NCBI GenBank assembly: GCA_013265495.1
Contig: MU057786.1
Span: forward strand, 62,001-126,000
Direction: 5' to 3'
Length of the DNA stretch: 64,000 nucleotides
DNA from: Vicugna vicugna
Lineage: Eukaryota
The notes beneath the pieces were generated by a model that saw only the letters and a program-made list of their open reading frames with translations, had not been told where the DNA came from and did no database searches. Positions 1 through 13,499 of the stretch are shown here, one piece after another (positions within the stretch are counted from its first letter, which is position 1; each line of letters opens with the position of its first letter). Both the position numbers and the translations under genes were made by a program.

Positions 1-211
1 TCTTTTGAGGGACCTTGTAAGGAGGGTACTGGAGGATAAAAATACCTGAACCTAACTCTGCTCCCTCCTTCCTTTGTCCTGGTGCTCCTCATAGTTGGAA
101 CCCAGTGGAAGCCTGAGGGTAAGGAAACTGACACAACACAGGTCAGCCTCCTGGAGCTGAGATCTGGGTGGAGAGTGGATCTGGAAGGGCAAGTAGAAGA
201 TAACTGGTACA
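1..211 (-). mobile_element. ERVL-class LTR fragment (LTR33-like)
   Basis: Reverse complement begins TGTACCAGTTATCTTCTACTTGCCCTTCCAGATCCACTCTCCACCC, resembling the LTR33 5' end as recalled. Confidence 0.6.
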
Positions 212-239
212 ATATCTTAAAAAAAACTATGAAGGTTTA

Positions 240-700
240 TGGAAATGTACACAATTATATAATCATTATTCAGATAGAGAATATTTCCTTCATGTCAAAA
301 GTTCCTTCATGCTTCTTTGTGGTCAGCCCCTCCTCCCACTTACAAGCCTGACATCCACTGATCTGTTTTCTGTCCCTGTAACTTTGTTTTTTTCCAAAAT
401 GTCATATACATGAGATCATACAATACGTAGCAATTTCAGCCTGGCTTTTTTCATTTAGCAAAATACTTTTAAAGCATATTCCATATTGTTGCATGTATGA
501 GTATGTTTATTGTTGAGTAGTATTCCATTGTATATATGTACCACAGTCCATTCACTAGTTGAAGGACATTTGGGTTTTCAGTTTTTGGTGGTAATGAATG
601 AAGCTGCTTACATTTGCATTTAGGTTTTTGTGTAGCTGTATGTCCACATTCCTCTTGGGGCCAGTACCTAGGTGTGGATTGCTACAAGTCTTAAAAGTAT
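240..700 (-). mobile_element. Old L1 3'-end fragment
   Basis: Typical antisense L1M text (gagtagtattccattgtatatatgtaccacag...ggacatttgggtt). Confidence 0.7.
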
Positions 701-2936
701 GGATCCTAAATTTAAATGTTTGCAAGGAATATAATTTCCTGCAAAGTAATTTATGTAATTTGCTATAAATATTGGTGTTTTGAATTGAAACTGGCATGCA
801 ATTTAGGTATCAGTGATTTCTTTAAACCTTTTTATTGCAAAATAAAACACAGATATAAAAAATCACAATATAACATATAGGAATATCTGTTTTGCTTAAT
901 GAATTATAGGGCAACAAACACTGTTATAACCACCACCCACATCAAGAAGGAAAATAGTGCCAGCTACTCCAGAAGCTCTTCCTTGTGTCGTCTCCTTCAC
1001 CCTCAAAGTAATTGCTATCCTGTGCTTTATCATAATCATCTGCTTGCTTACAAATACCGTAATTATTTGCTGTTCACTTTCACACGTTAAAAAAAAATAA
1101 AAACAGGTTTTTTCTTCAACAGCCAGATTTACAGCCCCCTCTTTGCCTTTTTGTAATTGTATTTCTGTCCCACTTCCCCTTTAGGATTTTATCCTAATGT
1201 TTAAAATGACTAGTATGTTTAGTGTTTTAATGGTCATCTTTGTCTTAATTCTTTGTACAAAAATATGTATATAAATTTAAACGTAAACTTTTAAGAATTT
1301 TCTGTGACTCTAATGCTTATTTAAAAATTCTTCTAGACTAAATTCTGATTGTAATTATTAGTGCATAATAGATCCAGTGTGAATGCTGTACATTTTAAAG
1401 GCAAAATTTATTGAAAATGACACGTGTGGAGCCTTTTTCAATTAGTTTGAGTATATGTGGATGAATATTATTGCTAGAATTAAGAAAAAGCTCTGGCATC
1501 AATCTCTTCTTATTTCTTAATACATCTAAATATTGAGATACCCTATTGACAAAAATGAGAATGGAAAGAGTTTTGTTATGGCAGGTTTTATTTGTTAAAG
1601 CAATAATCGGAACCACCTGACATGCAGAGGATTTGTTACCGAGACATTAGACGTAGTTATTAAGCCCAGAAGAAAATAATATGTCACATTATTTATTTTT
1701 AGGCCATGCCAGAGTAGGAGCGGTATACCATAGTAGGTTTAGAGATAGGTGAGTGATAGATACGCCATTATTTGTAATGTGGGAGAGGAATGATTAATCC
1801 CGGGTGTGTTGGTAGATGTGTTTTGGACCAGAGTACATGAAGTTGAGGATTTAGAAATGAATGTCCCTAAAACTTAATTGTGCTATATATGTTTTGAAAG
1901 GTCTTTGTTTAACTCCAGGCGTCTGTGTATTTAGTTTGAAAACTTAATTGTCAGGGTGGCCTACTAGTTGAAAAGTGGCTGGTATGTGGATGTGTTTCCT
2001 AATCTACTGCAAGGGTGGGCAGAGATGGGCAGTTTGAGCAGGAGACCCCAGGAGCAAACAGGCTCTTTGATATGTGGCTGGGACAGTAAGGCCCTTTTTG
2101 GGCTATTGATGGGGGGGGGGAGTAAGGGAAGTTGAGTTGTCTTGGACTGCTTTGTGTAGTGGGCCCAGTTGAATAGTTCTTTTGAAGTTTTTTTCTGTTC
2201 ACTCTTCTTCCTTTAAACTTACATGTAAATTTTGTGTTTGATAGCTATGCTTTATAAAATACAAAAATGTTTTAAATTACCAGTTGAAATGCTGTGGTTT
2301 TTGTTTTTTTTTTTTAAGTACTTTCTACCTTCCAAATATTTGAGTAAAATTGATTCACTGAGGAAGATGTGCCATGTTTTTCCTCTGGCTTTCTAGGTGC
2401 GTCTGATAAATAGCCACATACCCTTGTTGACAGTGAAAAATGAGTTCCCTTCCACAGAAGCAAATGCTGTTAACAATTTTTTATATATCTTTCATAATCT
2501 TTAATATACACAGCATGCAAATCTATGTATCCTTAAAAACAAACATATAAGTGGGAGCATGATATATATATGTGTGTACTGTGTGCATATTGTATAGTGT
2601 GTACACTAGTGTATTGTGCCTTAAAAAACACTTAAAGAAACCTCTTTAAGATGTACACTTACCAGTATTTATAAATCTACCTTGTTCTTTGTTAGCAGCT
2701 TCGTGGTTTCCCATTGTATGGATATTCCATACTTCAAAGTAGTGTCTTTGGGATAATTTGGCTGTTTCTAGTCATTTGCTGTTACAAATAAATGCTGCAT
2801 TGAACATTTTTCTACTTAAGTTTTTGAGCATAATATACATCAGTATAGTGTGGTAGATGTTTGTAAAAATGGAATTGAAAGATCATACACATTTAAATAT
2901 TTAATTGATATTCCAACTTTCCCACTAACAGTGTGG

Positions 2937-2961
2937 TTTTTTTTTTTTTTTTTTTTTTTTT
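2937..2961. repeat. poly(T)25 run
   Basis: Directly visible. Confidence 0.9.
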
Positions 2962-3509
2962 GCTTGCATCCTGTCAAACTTTGGACTTTGCCTAGCTGAA
3001 ATGTAGAAACAAATGTCTTGTTTATTGTTAGGGTTTAATTTTTTCCACTTTAGAATATGCACATCTTTATTTTTAAAATTTTAAATTAAAAATTTCTACT
3101 TGCACATGGTACAAAATGATAGTTGGCTAAAAGCTTCCCAGCCTTTTTTCCCAGTCACCTTAGTTCTTGGAGTGATTGACCAAAGTTATTTGTGTTAGTC
3201 TTTCTTACATACGCCTTGTACGTACGTACAAGCAATATAAGCAGTTACACGTGTGTGTGTATTTAAATCTACAAAATGATAGCCTTCTGTTTTATACCTT
3301 GCTCTTTCATTTAATATATTTTGGGAATAATTCTGTGTCAGTATATTAAAAGTTTTCTTTCTGGCCTCTCTTTTATTTGAAAATACTGCTGCATGGTGTG
3401 TCAGTTTCTGTGTGTTGTGATTTCTTAACCAGTTCCATGTTGATGTGACTTTAGGGTTGCTTCCAGTGTTTTTGTTTTCTTTTTAAGTTGCTTTATTTTT
3501 CAGACAATA

Positions 3510-3980
3510 AATACCACTTAATAACTGTGTGGCTGTCAACTATCTACTAACCAAAATCAACTGTCCCTCATCTGCAGAATGGGTTACAGTTTCACATTTC
3601 CATATCTGAAAACTTTGGGGCCAGATTTCTCTTGGAATTGGGATTATTTTGGAATTTAGAAAGTATATATATTTTACATTAACACCCATCAGGGTCTGAG
3701 GCAGCACTCTAATTGAAGACAAGTGTGTTTTCAGAAAAAGGAAATAGTATAAATAGCCTCACTTAGGTGAGGTCAAGTTTTGCTTCAAGATGTGTTATGA
3801 GAAAATTTTGTTTTCAGAGCTTTCTGGATTTTGGAATTGTGAATAAAGGCTTGTGAACTTGTAATAGTTACTACCTCAGATAGTTGCTATGAGATCAAAT
3901 GATCAAATGAATTAATGGATGGAAAATATTTAGAATAGTGTGAGGCACATACTGAGGGCTTAGTAAGTATAAATATAGTT
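3510..3980 (+). mobile_element. MIR SINE split by a DNA transposon
   Basis: MIR core cctcatctgcagaatggg ends at 3586 and resumes at 3862 with atagttactacctcag...ttagaatagtgtgaggcacata. Confidence 0.7.
3587..3861 (+). mobile_element. TcMar-Tigger non-autonomous element (MER46C-like)
   Basis: TA on both flanks, degenerate terminal inverted repeats, internal ttggggccagat...ggggtctgaggcagcac-like and ttttcagagctttctggattttggaattg motifs. Confidence 0.7.
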
Positions 3981-5186
3981 CACCTTTATTTTACTTTGAT
4001 TTTTTTCCAGCTTTATTGAGATATAATTAACATATAACATTGTGTAGTCTGATTTTTAATTGTAAATGAAAATTGAGTGTCTTTTCATAAGTTATTAATT
4101 CATTCTGTTTCTTTTTCCATTAGTTGCCTCTTTGTGTCCCTAGCTGCTTTTTCTGCTGAAACGTTGATTGGATTTGTTGATGTGTAAGAATCCTTAATAT
4201 ATTAAGGAAATCAACCTTTTGCTTTTCCCTGATGACTAATGATGAGCATTTTTCACATGTTTATTTGATATCAATATAGTTTCTTTGGTGATGTCTGCTC
4301 AGATTTTTTTTGCTTATTTTTAATTGGGTTAATTTTCTCATCAAACTTTCAGAGTTCTTTATTCTGGGTGCAAGTATTTTATCAGACATTTATTGCAGAC
4401 ATTTTCTCTGAGTCTCTGGCTTGTCTTTGCATTCTCTTAACAGTGTCATTGCAGAGTAGAAGTTACGGGTTTTGATCAGGTCCCATTTTATCATGTTTCT
4501 CTTATGACAAGGGAGTACACTTTCCCTGGGCATCACCTTGGTTGGACAGCTGTAATTGATCTTTAAAGCTCTTGGATCATCAGTCCTTATTATTTCCGTG
4601 AATTGAGTGATTTATACACGTTGGAACTTATTCCCTCTTTGTGTGATAGCCACGCAGATATTTAGAGGTGGCATGCTATGTAATAGTGGCACCCCATTTG
4701 CCCCCCAAGTTAAACTTTTTTAGATACCTCAACCGTATTTTGTAAGTCATGGTCTCCAAAGCCACTTCTGTATCAACTGTACAGTCCCCTGAGTCAGAAG
4801 TCAAAGGTTTATTTAAATTCAGGTCTTCAGCACATCATGTGGTACTCATTTGCAATTTGCCCCCCACATTAGATTTTTAACCTCTTCATCTGGACCTCTC
4901 CTATTAATGTGGGTTAAGGTGGTTTATCTGCTTTAGTATTTCAGTTTTCAGCAGCCAACCACTAGAGGTAGTGGAACATAGTAGAACTTGGTATGGTTCT
5001 TTTTATGAAGTCTCTTGGTCATTGTTTTAATTGGCAACCTTTGTCGTCATTGGCCTCTCTGGGCCGCTTTTTCCTCATCTATATAATGATAAAAAGTGAA
5101 CGGGTATATCTTCACTGTCTTAGAAGAAGAGTGAAGGAAGTATATATGCTGTTTGTATATACAGACCAGCATACAGTTAAACGGGG

Positions 5187-5214
5187 GTGTGTGTGTGTGT
5201 GTGTGTGTGTGTGT
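5187..5214. repeat. (GT)14 microsatellite
   Basis: Directly visible. Confidence 0.95.
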
Positions 5215-6029
5215 CCAGCTTCAGTAAATGTCAATTAATGGCCAGTTTATCATTACTTACTCTTTCAACAGTGGATTATTTTGAAGCAAATTCCAGGCAT
5301 TGTATTTCATACATAAATATAATTCTTTAACAGCTAAGGACTCCAAAAAAGATAACTGCAATATCATGGTTACAGTTTAAGTTACTTAATACGTACTTAG
5401 TATGTACCTTTGTCAGTTTTTACTTTTTAAGCTTTTGAATAGACAATAGACAGTATAAAATTCAAGAGATACCAAAGACTTTTCCCTCATCCTTCAGACA
5501 TCCTTTTCCCTAGTGGCATAACATAATGTAGACCTACCTTACACTTTTTAACAGCTACATGGTATTCAGATATGTGGTTGTACGTTAATTTAATTAGTTC
5601 TTTACTGATAGGTGTTTGTATTGTTCATGAAAGCAAAAATCAGGAAACAATGTTGTAGTGAATTTCCTTGTTCTTTACGTTATTCATAGTTATGGGAAGT
5701 TATTTGTAGAGTGAATAAAACTGCTTGCTTCAGGGTAAGTCTATTTCTTTGACATGTAATTTTTAATTTTTAAAGATAATTACTAAATTGCTCTCTATAG
5801 TGATTGTACTGAAATATGCCCCTACAGAAATGTAGTTTATTTTTATTGCTCTGAAGTATTTCTTTATATGAACAGACCACTTGATTGTACTGTTAATGAA
5901 TATTTATATTTCATTGTTTTGGAATGATGTGAGCATACTTAAATTGAACCATGTGGAATTGCTAACACTTGATTATTTTAAAAGTGGAAGTTTCATAAGG
6001 TTCACATTGATAACTCTTTTAGTGCATAT

Positions 6030-6400
6030 GTGCATACATTTCTGTTAGGTAAGTACTTCCAAGTAGAATTCCTGGGTCTTAGGATAACTGTTACATTTAG
6101 CTTTTGTAGGTATCCCAGAGTGATTGTTCCCACTTCCGCTCTGACAAACTGAAGTTGCTTGCCTTCTCCACAATACTTGGCATTGTGAATTTGAGCTCTT
6201 GGCAGTTGTGTAGTGGCATCTCATTATGTTTTTAATTTGCATCTTCCTAATAAGTAGTGCATGTAAATGCCTTTTAATGTATTTACGTTTTATATATTTA
6301 TTTAATGTCCTTTTTTTAATCAAGTCTCTTGATCATGTTTCTATTTTTTATTTCCGTTGGATATCTTATTAAGTTGTAGGCATTCTTTTTTGTGTGACAT
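6030..6400 (-). mobile_element. Old L1 ORF2/3' fragment
   Basis: gtgtagtggcatctcattatgtttttaatttgcatc; the minus-strand ORF 6045-6323 has L1-like LLIRKMQIK...MRCHYT. Confidence 0.7.
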
Positions 6401-7029
6401 TACTTGATAGATTGATGGATGGATGGAAGTATAGTTTTTTGTAGGCATTCTTAACATGGTAGTAGTATCTCCCACCCCATTCTGGTCTGGTAGTTCTCTT
6501 CAGGATTGTTTTTTTTTTAATGGACATTTGATTTTGATGAAATTTCTTTTGTTTTATGGTTAAAGATAAAAGATGTTCCGGTACTCATTATTGAATAATC
6601 CTTGTTACAGAGATTTGAAATTCTACAATCAACATATACTGATTTTCCACAGATATTTTGCTCCTTCTCTTGCCCTTTCCCAATTATAAAATATATTTTG
6701 GAGTATTTGAAAACTTAGTAAAATTATAGATACTCTCCTTGAAAAATATGTGCACATTTTTTTCATGCAGTTTCACAAGATTTGCAGAGCTCATGAAACC
6801 CATTCATAGATCTCTGATTAAATCTTCCTTCCCACTTTTTAAATAGTTCAGAGTTCACTCGTAAAAGCCTTAAATCATCCCACCTGTTTATTTTCTTTAT
6901 ACTCACATGTGTGTACATACTGACAAGTATAATGTATACTGAGGTATATATACTCACATTATTTTGAGTACTGATGTGTGTTTTTTTTTTTTAAGGAATC
7001 ATCTATTTCCTTTCAAAATTAAGATTCTT

Positions 7030-7102
7030 GGCTCAGTAGTGTAGCACATGCTTAGCATGCACGAGATCTTGGGTTCTGTCCCCATTACTTCTATTAAAAA
7101 AA
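7030..7102 (+). mobile_element. tRNA-Ala-derived SINE (Vic-1-like), 5'-truncated
   Basis: gctcagtagtgtagcacatgcttagcatgcacgagatcttgggttc plus A tail; 17-bp TSD tcaaaattaaga(t/a)tctt at 7013-7029 and 7103-7119. Confidence 0.85.
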
Positions 7103-7634
7103 TCAAAATTAAGAATCTTAAGGGAATAATGGGCATTTAATTAATCTTTTGTCAGGTTGTTAACTGCTTTTCAGATAAGCAGAATGAGAAAAAATATGAC
7201 TTGCCAAATTTTTGCACATCTAGTTATTGTCTTAGCCATGTGGTTCAACAACGTGGTCCTCAAGTTCCAAATTCCTTGTCGTTTTCATTATGCTAAATTT
7301 CCTCCCTTATATGTTACCTGATGTACAAAAGATTGAGTACCTACCTAGTGATGCTAAAATCCAGTGATGTTAAAAGGCATTTATTAAGTACCTGTTTGCA
7401 GATGGTACTGGGATAAGTCTTCTACTGAAAACTTTCTACATATCCAGTCTGCCTTCTAGCTTGAGGAAGAACAGTAGGCCTTAGAATGTAGTTTTGAAAT
7501 CCTTGCATGAAGCCGAAAGACACAGGTCCTAAGGGAATACTGATGAATATACAGGTTAGATTCCACTAAGAAATGTCTCACTAAAAGATTATTAAAAATG
7601 TACCCTGTATCGTGGCTGAGTTGTAAAAGCTATG

Positions 7635-7845
7635 ATAATTTGCATTTGTGTGATGCTCTATAACCTGCAAAACATCCTTAGGTATATTATCTTCTTTTAT
7701 CTGTTCAACCAGCCCTTGAGACAGATTTTATTAGCTCATTTTTTTCAGATGAAGAAACTCCCAGCTCCTTAAGGTGACTTGCCCAAGGTCATTTTAGCTA
7801 GTGAGTGACAGAGCTGGTACTCATCCATTTAACTCCTAAACTGTA
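7635..7845 (-). mobile_element. MIR SINE
   Basis: catttttttcagatgaagaaact...gtgacttgcccaaggtca...gctagtgagtgacagagctgg. Confidence 0.75.
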
Positions 7846-10109
7846 TTTTGCTAGAAGTACAGTTTTGTTTCTTTAGCCGGTTTGGACTAAAACAGAATAA
7901 ATGCTTATCTTCTCTGTAAAAAGAGAACTTTTTCCTTTTTTCCCCCCTTGATATTTTGAGATGTAAAGTCAGTTTATCTGATAGGGAACTGGGATGTTTG
8001 AGGAAGGAGGGCAGTTGAAAGTAATTGCTGTTGTGCATTTTAGGACAAGATAGCCTTGCTCTCTCTTCTGAAGGTATAGTTAAGAATATGTGTTGGAGAG
8101 CTAAATGAGTAAGAACCATAGAAAGCATTTATTTTATACTTTAGAATACTTTTATGGAGAACTTGGATAGCTTTTCTTTTGCAGAACTCTTGATTAGATT
8201 AAATTTTATCTATGCAATGTGTTTCAGAAGTTTAAAAATATGTACTTTAATAATTCATCTGTAGGATTGTTTATGCTATATAATTGAATACATGAATAAA
8301 TTATATGTGCCAATGACATAATTTTTAGTGAGAATACTTCTTTCTATAGGGCCCTTTATTACTCTTGGCACTTAAAACAAAATTTATAAGATGTGCTCAC
8401 AATACAGTTAGACTTATATGAAAGGCAGCCCATGAGAATAGTAACTGTTAAAACATTCTCTCTGACTTAGGGGAAGTGGGAGTAGTAAGTAAAACTTGCA
8501 GTAGTAATTTTTAAAAACATGAGTAATAAAGTTTATTGTTAATAAGCTTTTTTTAAGTCAGAAAGTTATTACATAAAATAATAAGAAACAGCCTGAATAA
8601 ATTTTAATGACATTAAGATAGTAGAATGCTATACAGTTGTAAGTGGTGTGATATAACATTAATGACATCTCATGGACTTTTGTGTAGCTAAGCATACAAA
8701 GCATTCCCCTAGGCATTTATTAGGAAATAATTCCTTCAACAATGCTGTAAAGTAGTCTGGGTCAGTGGCTTCCCTTTTGAAGGGAAGAAATTGAAGCCCT
8801 CAGGAAAACTCCCAAAGTTAGGGGTCTTGCCTGAGCTCTACTGGGCTAGTTTGACCAGGGCAGCAGAAGTCTCCAGATTCAGGTACTAGTGCTGTTTCCA
8901 CATGTTATAAAAGTAGTGGTATAATTTCCCCAGGTTTAGTTTTAGACTTGGCTTTTCTTCTGTTCCTTTTAAGATAGTATCAGATGTCAGCTTTTAATTC
9001 TTAGCTTTTCAGTATCTTACGCTTAGTGATGGGTACTTATGAGATTATAAAAACTTAATTCTTTGCCTTCGGCTGGGAAATATCTAAGAATACAATATAT
9101 ATCTTTATGAATTAGATGCCTTCTAAAGGTAAGTAAGTATAGGTTGTATTTTTTTATACCCATTGGGTAGCATTAAAATTGTACAGGAATTTCATGTAAA
9201 GCATCCTTTTGCTTGTATGTGATGGCTTGTTAATTGGAATTTGTAAATGGTTTTTCTTAAATGTAGGTGCTTTTTTGGGTAATTTTATTATTAGGCATAA
9301 ACATTTTGCCTGGGCTTTTCTACTTAAAAGTGCTTAGAGAATTCACTGTAGTTCCAGTTTGAATCACATTTTCATCTCTTATTTAGAAAGATTTTTTAAA
9401 AATGTTTCTGATGATAAAAATTAAAGACAACAAAAATGAATTCCCCAGGTACAAAATTAATATGCAATTTAAGACTTACTACTGGCTGATATGGATAAGT
9501 AGTCACTGTAACCATGTAATTTAGGCATCAGAGCCACTGTTAAAAAAAAAATTCTTAAACTTATATGGCTTTTAGGATTAGGAGAAAGAATAGAAAACAA
9601 ATAGCTAAAGAAACCTGACCCCAGAACAGGTTTCTAGACAGAACTGGCATGCCATATGGGCAGCCCGACCCCAGAGAAACATAAACACTGCCAGAATGTT
9701 TTCATTTATTGTGTTACATCGTTTAGGTTCTACTGAATAACTTATTATAGAAGTATTCTTGAAGTATTTTGAACAATCCATAATACCTCTAGAAGATTTG
9801 GCTGAGTTATTTGTATGTCATTCTCCTGTTGCTTAACCCTGCTGAAATCTCTTGAGTTTAGGGTAGCAATTTTAAGAGACTTGAATGTCTAGGGAGAAAT
9901 CACTGGAAGATATGAGAGCTGTGTACTGAAAAGGTAGAAGAGGAAATGTCAGTTATGTAAACATTTATTTCTTCACAATTTAAAATTATTGCAGTTGTTT
10001 TAAGATTAGTTGACTGTACTCTTGTTAATTGACCAAATGTCCCTTTTGTTAACTTTTACAGTGATGTCACTCATGTTTTTATCCTTTGACCTATTTTTCA
10101 TTTTTGTAG

Positions 10110-11153
10110 ATAAAGTGGAGAACTTTAGTGAAGAACATGATAAGAATAGTCTCCATATTTATAAAAATGCTGAAGACAGTGCTAAGAAATCCAATGTAGA
10201 AACCACAGCGGCTTCTGGACACAAAGCTGATGAAATCAAGGAAACAAATGATACTTGGAACTCCCAGCTTGGAAAAAGGTCAGAATCTCCATCAGAAACA
10301 TCTCCAATTAAGGGATCTGTAAGAACTGGTTTGTATGAATGGGATAATGATTTTGAAGATATCAGATCAGAAGATTGCATTTTAAGTTTGAATAGTGATC
10401 CTCTTTTGGAGATGAAGGATGAGGATTTAAAAAATCGGTTGGAAAATCTAAATGAAGCCATTGAGGAAGACGTCATGCAAAGTGTTCTTAGGCCAAGCAA
10501 CTGCAGGACGTACTGTAGGGCCAATAAAGCAAAATCCTCACAAGGAGCATCAAATTTTGATAAGCTAATGGACGGCACCAGTCAGGCCTTAGCCAAAGCA
10601 AACAGTGAGTCGAGTAAAGATGGCCTGAATCAGGTGAAGAAAGGCAGTGTGAGTTGTGGGACCAGCTTTAGAGGGACGGTTGGACGGACTAGAGATTATA
10701 CTGTTTTGCATCCATCTTGCTTGTCAGTTTGTAATGTGACCATACAGGATACTATGGAACGCAGCATGGATGAGTTCACTGCTTCGACTCCTGCAGATCT
10801 GGGAGAAGCTGGCAGGCTAAGAAAAAAGGCAGATATTGCAACTTCTAAGACCACTACTAGATTTCGACCTAGTAATACTAAATCTAAAAAGGATGTTAAA
10901 CTTGAATTTTTTGGTTTTGAAGATCACGATGAGACAGGAGGTGATGAAGGAGGTTCTGGGAGTTCTAATTACAAAATTAAGTACTTTGGCTTTGATGATC
11001 TTAGTGAAAGTGAAGATGATGAAGATGATGACTGTCAAGTGGAAAGAAAGACAAGCAAAAAAAGAACTAAAACAGCTCCATCACCCTCCTTGCAGCCTCC
11101 TCCAGAAAGCAATGATAATTCCCAGGACAGTCAGTCTAGTACTAATAATGCAG
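10110..11153 (+). CDS. WAPL: WAPL exon 3 (1044 nt), disordered N-terminal region with FGF motifs at 10910-10918 and 10985-10993
   Basis: tttttgtag|ATAAAGTG ... AATGCAG|gtaaga; encodes DKVENF...KLEFFGFED...KYFGFDD...STNNA; lies within the 384-aa ORF. Confidence 0.97.
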
Positions 11154-13243
11154 GTAAGATTTAAAAAATAAAAAATTATTCCTAGTAAATGTGTTTTTCA
11201 GACTTAAATAACGGCTCCTTAATATCCTTCTAGATAATCAATTTTAGCTTATTAGGTTTAATTTTAAAAGTAGTGCCTATTTAGAGCCAATGTTACTGTA
11301 TCTAAAGATACAGCATTTTAAATGTTAATAAAGTCCCACATTGTAAGGCACCAACCAATTTGTAAATTGAGGAGTCTTTTCATATTTGTATTTTACTTCT
11401 ACCATTAGCACTTGAGAATTTTTAAGTGTGTATGTGTACAGGGATACTAAACATCTTGATGTTTCAGATTTGAAAAACCAAATGCAATGGAAACATGAGG
11501 ATAGATTTTGGACATTTAGAACTATATTGATATTAGATGGTTGTAATGAGGATAATGTTAGAAAAGTAAAATAAGAAAGCTTTTGTAGTCTCAAAACTAA
11601 TCAACTAATAAATGTTAAAAAATATTTTTAAGAAATCTTAACTTTATAAAGTTAAGATTAAATCTTAATCTTAAGAATCATCCTCGTTGACTTAATAAAT
11701 TTGAAAAGTGCCAGTTAAGTATTTATATACTCTGAACAGTGAAAAATTAACTTGTCCTTTAAGATAGTAGGACCAGTAATGACTTAGGTCCTTGAGGAGT
11801 CGATAGTCTCCACTGTGAGAGACAAACAAAAGAAATAGGTTAGCTTTGCTATAAATAAGTCACTTTGACAAGGGCTTTGTGAAATGAATTGGCTGTTGAG
11901 TGAGGAAGAGGATGCGAAAGCCTCTGGGGCTGTACTTATTTATATTTAACAAATACAGTTTTCCTATATTGGTTTACTTGTTAAATAAAGTTTTTGTCCT
12001 GTTAGGGTCAACGATCAAGAGTTATGGTGAATTAGAATTACCACAATATTCTTACATATTGATTCTCTTGTAGAGTATGTCATTCTTGAGACTACCTATC
12101 ATTTTGCTTTATTTGGCCTAAAATAGTTTTGCTAGATTAGAATCACTCTTATCTTCAAAACTAGAATTATACAGAAATAGCCCTTAGGAGCCCCCCTCCT
12201 CTTACTCACCACTGCAAAAAAATAATAAAGAAGAGTATTTTTAGAATTCATCCAATGTTGTCCTGAGTCCCTTCTGGAGAACCGAAATTGCTACAGCCTT
12301 GCTAGTCAGTTGAGATCTAACTGGGCAGACAGCTTTACAGTTGCTTTCTCAGGAGGATGAAAAGTAACTTAAGTACTATGAAACCTGAGCTCTTGTCCTG
12401 CTATAGCCTATTTAGCTCTTATGCTAACCTTGATAGCAAGCTATCCTGATCTGCAGTGGAAAATGCGTGTCTGAAATGTACATGTAAGGTAATTAACCCT
12501 TTGAGCTTTAAAATGTGCAGTCATTAGAGTCCCTTTCAAAAATGTCAAATTGATACATCAAATAACATTTAAAAATTAGAGACCATTTGATTGATATATA
12601 TCCGAAGTTGCAATCTTGTGTCTTCATACAATGTATGAAACAGCAAGCATTTTTAAGAGTTATGATAAAGTCCTATTTTTCTTTTGTTTGTTTATTTCTT
12701 TTTTAAAATTAATCTAATTCTTTTGTTAGTTTTGTGGGAATATCCACAAACCATTGAACTGCATTGTATTAGGTCATTCCATGTCTTTTTCCAAGGATAG
12801 CTATCCTCTTTTTGGTTTTGTAAAATGTGGCCTTTGTAGACGTAAGCAGGTATTCTTTGAAGGCCAGCGTGATTCAGTGTACTTAAATTCTACAAAAGTG
12901 TTATGGGTAGATACCACCTGATGTGTATGTGTGTTTTAAATTAGGCCATGCCGGTATCAGTGTCCAAACATATTCTGGAAAATATCTTATTTTGCCGATG
13001 AAAGTGGAGCACATACATAGCAACTCGATTTCTGGTTTTCTTTTTAGAGCAGGAGACAAGCGGGTTGAGCATGGGAGGATGAGACTTACTATCATTGGGA
13101 ATATTTTGTCAACTATGTGGCGCTTCTATTCCTTTATTCTTTTCTCCCCATCATATGCCTCTTTCCTCCCCAAATATTCATAGATTGTCTGGTAGATAAT
13201 TTGAAATTAATAGACAGCTAGCTAGTTTTGGTTACCATTTCAG

Positions 13244-13362
13244 AAAACTTGGATTTTACAGAGGACTTGCCTGGTGTGCCTGAAAGTGTGAAGAAGCCCC
13301 CAAATAAACAAGGAGATAAATCGAAGGAAAATACCAGAAAGATTTTTAGTGGCCCCAAACGG
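13244..13362 (+). CDS. WAPL: WAPL exon 4 (119 nt)
   Basis: tttcag|AAAACTTG ... AAACGG|gtaagt; [18 protein letters not shown]...FSGPKR. Confidence 0.96.
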
Positions 13363-13499
13363 GTAAGTAAAGCACTATCATTGATTTGTATTATTTATCA
13401 TTGGAGGGCTCAACTCTTAATTTTTTAATTTAAAAATTACTAACAAACATGGTAATTAATTTTTGTCTTTCAAAATATATTATGTAAGTCATTTTTTAA

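Noticed and set aside
3215..3232. 18-bp palindrome cttgtacgtacgtacaag
   Set aside because: Built from a self-complementary (GTAC)n microrepeat, so the symmetry is trivial.
1..10109. WAPL start-codon exon or CpG-island promoter
   Set aside because: No CpG island and no N-terminal WAPL coding sequence are visible; the region reads as intron 2.
10010..11164. 384-aa ORF as a standalone gene
   Set aside because: It is WAPL exon 3 plus in-frame intron flanks. It starts at TTG in intron sequence, and splice sites at 10110 and 11153 define the real exon.
10159..11171. Antisense and alternate-frame ORFs over exon 3 (139, 73 and 111 aa)
   Set aside because: Shadow ORFs of a coding exon with no independent support.
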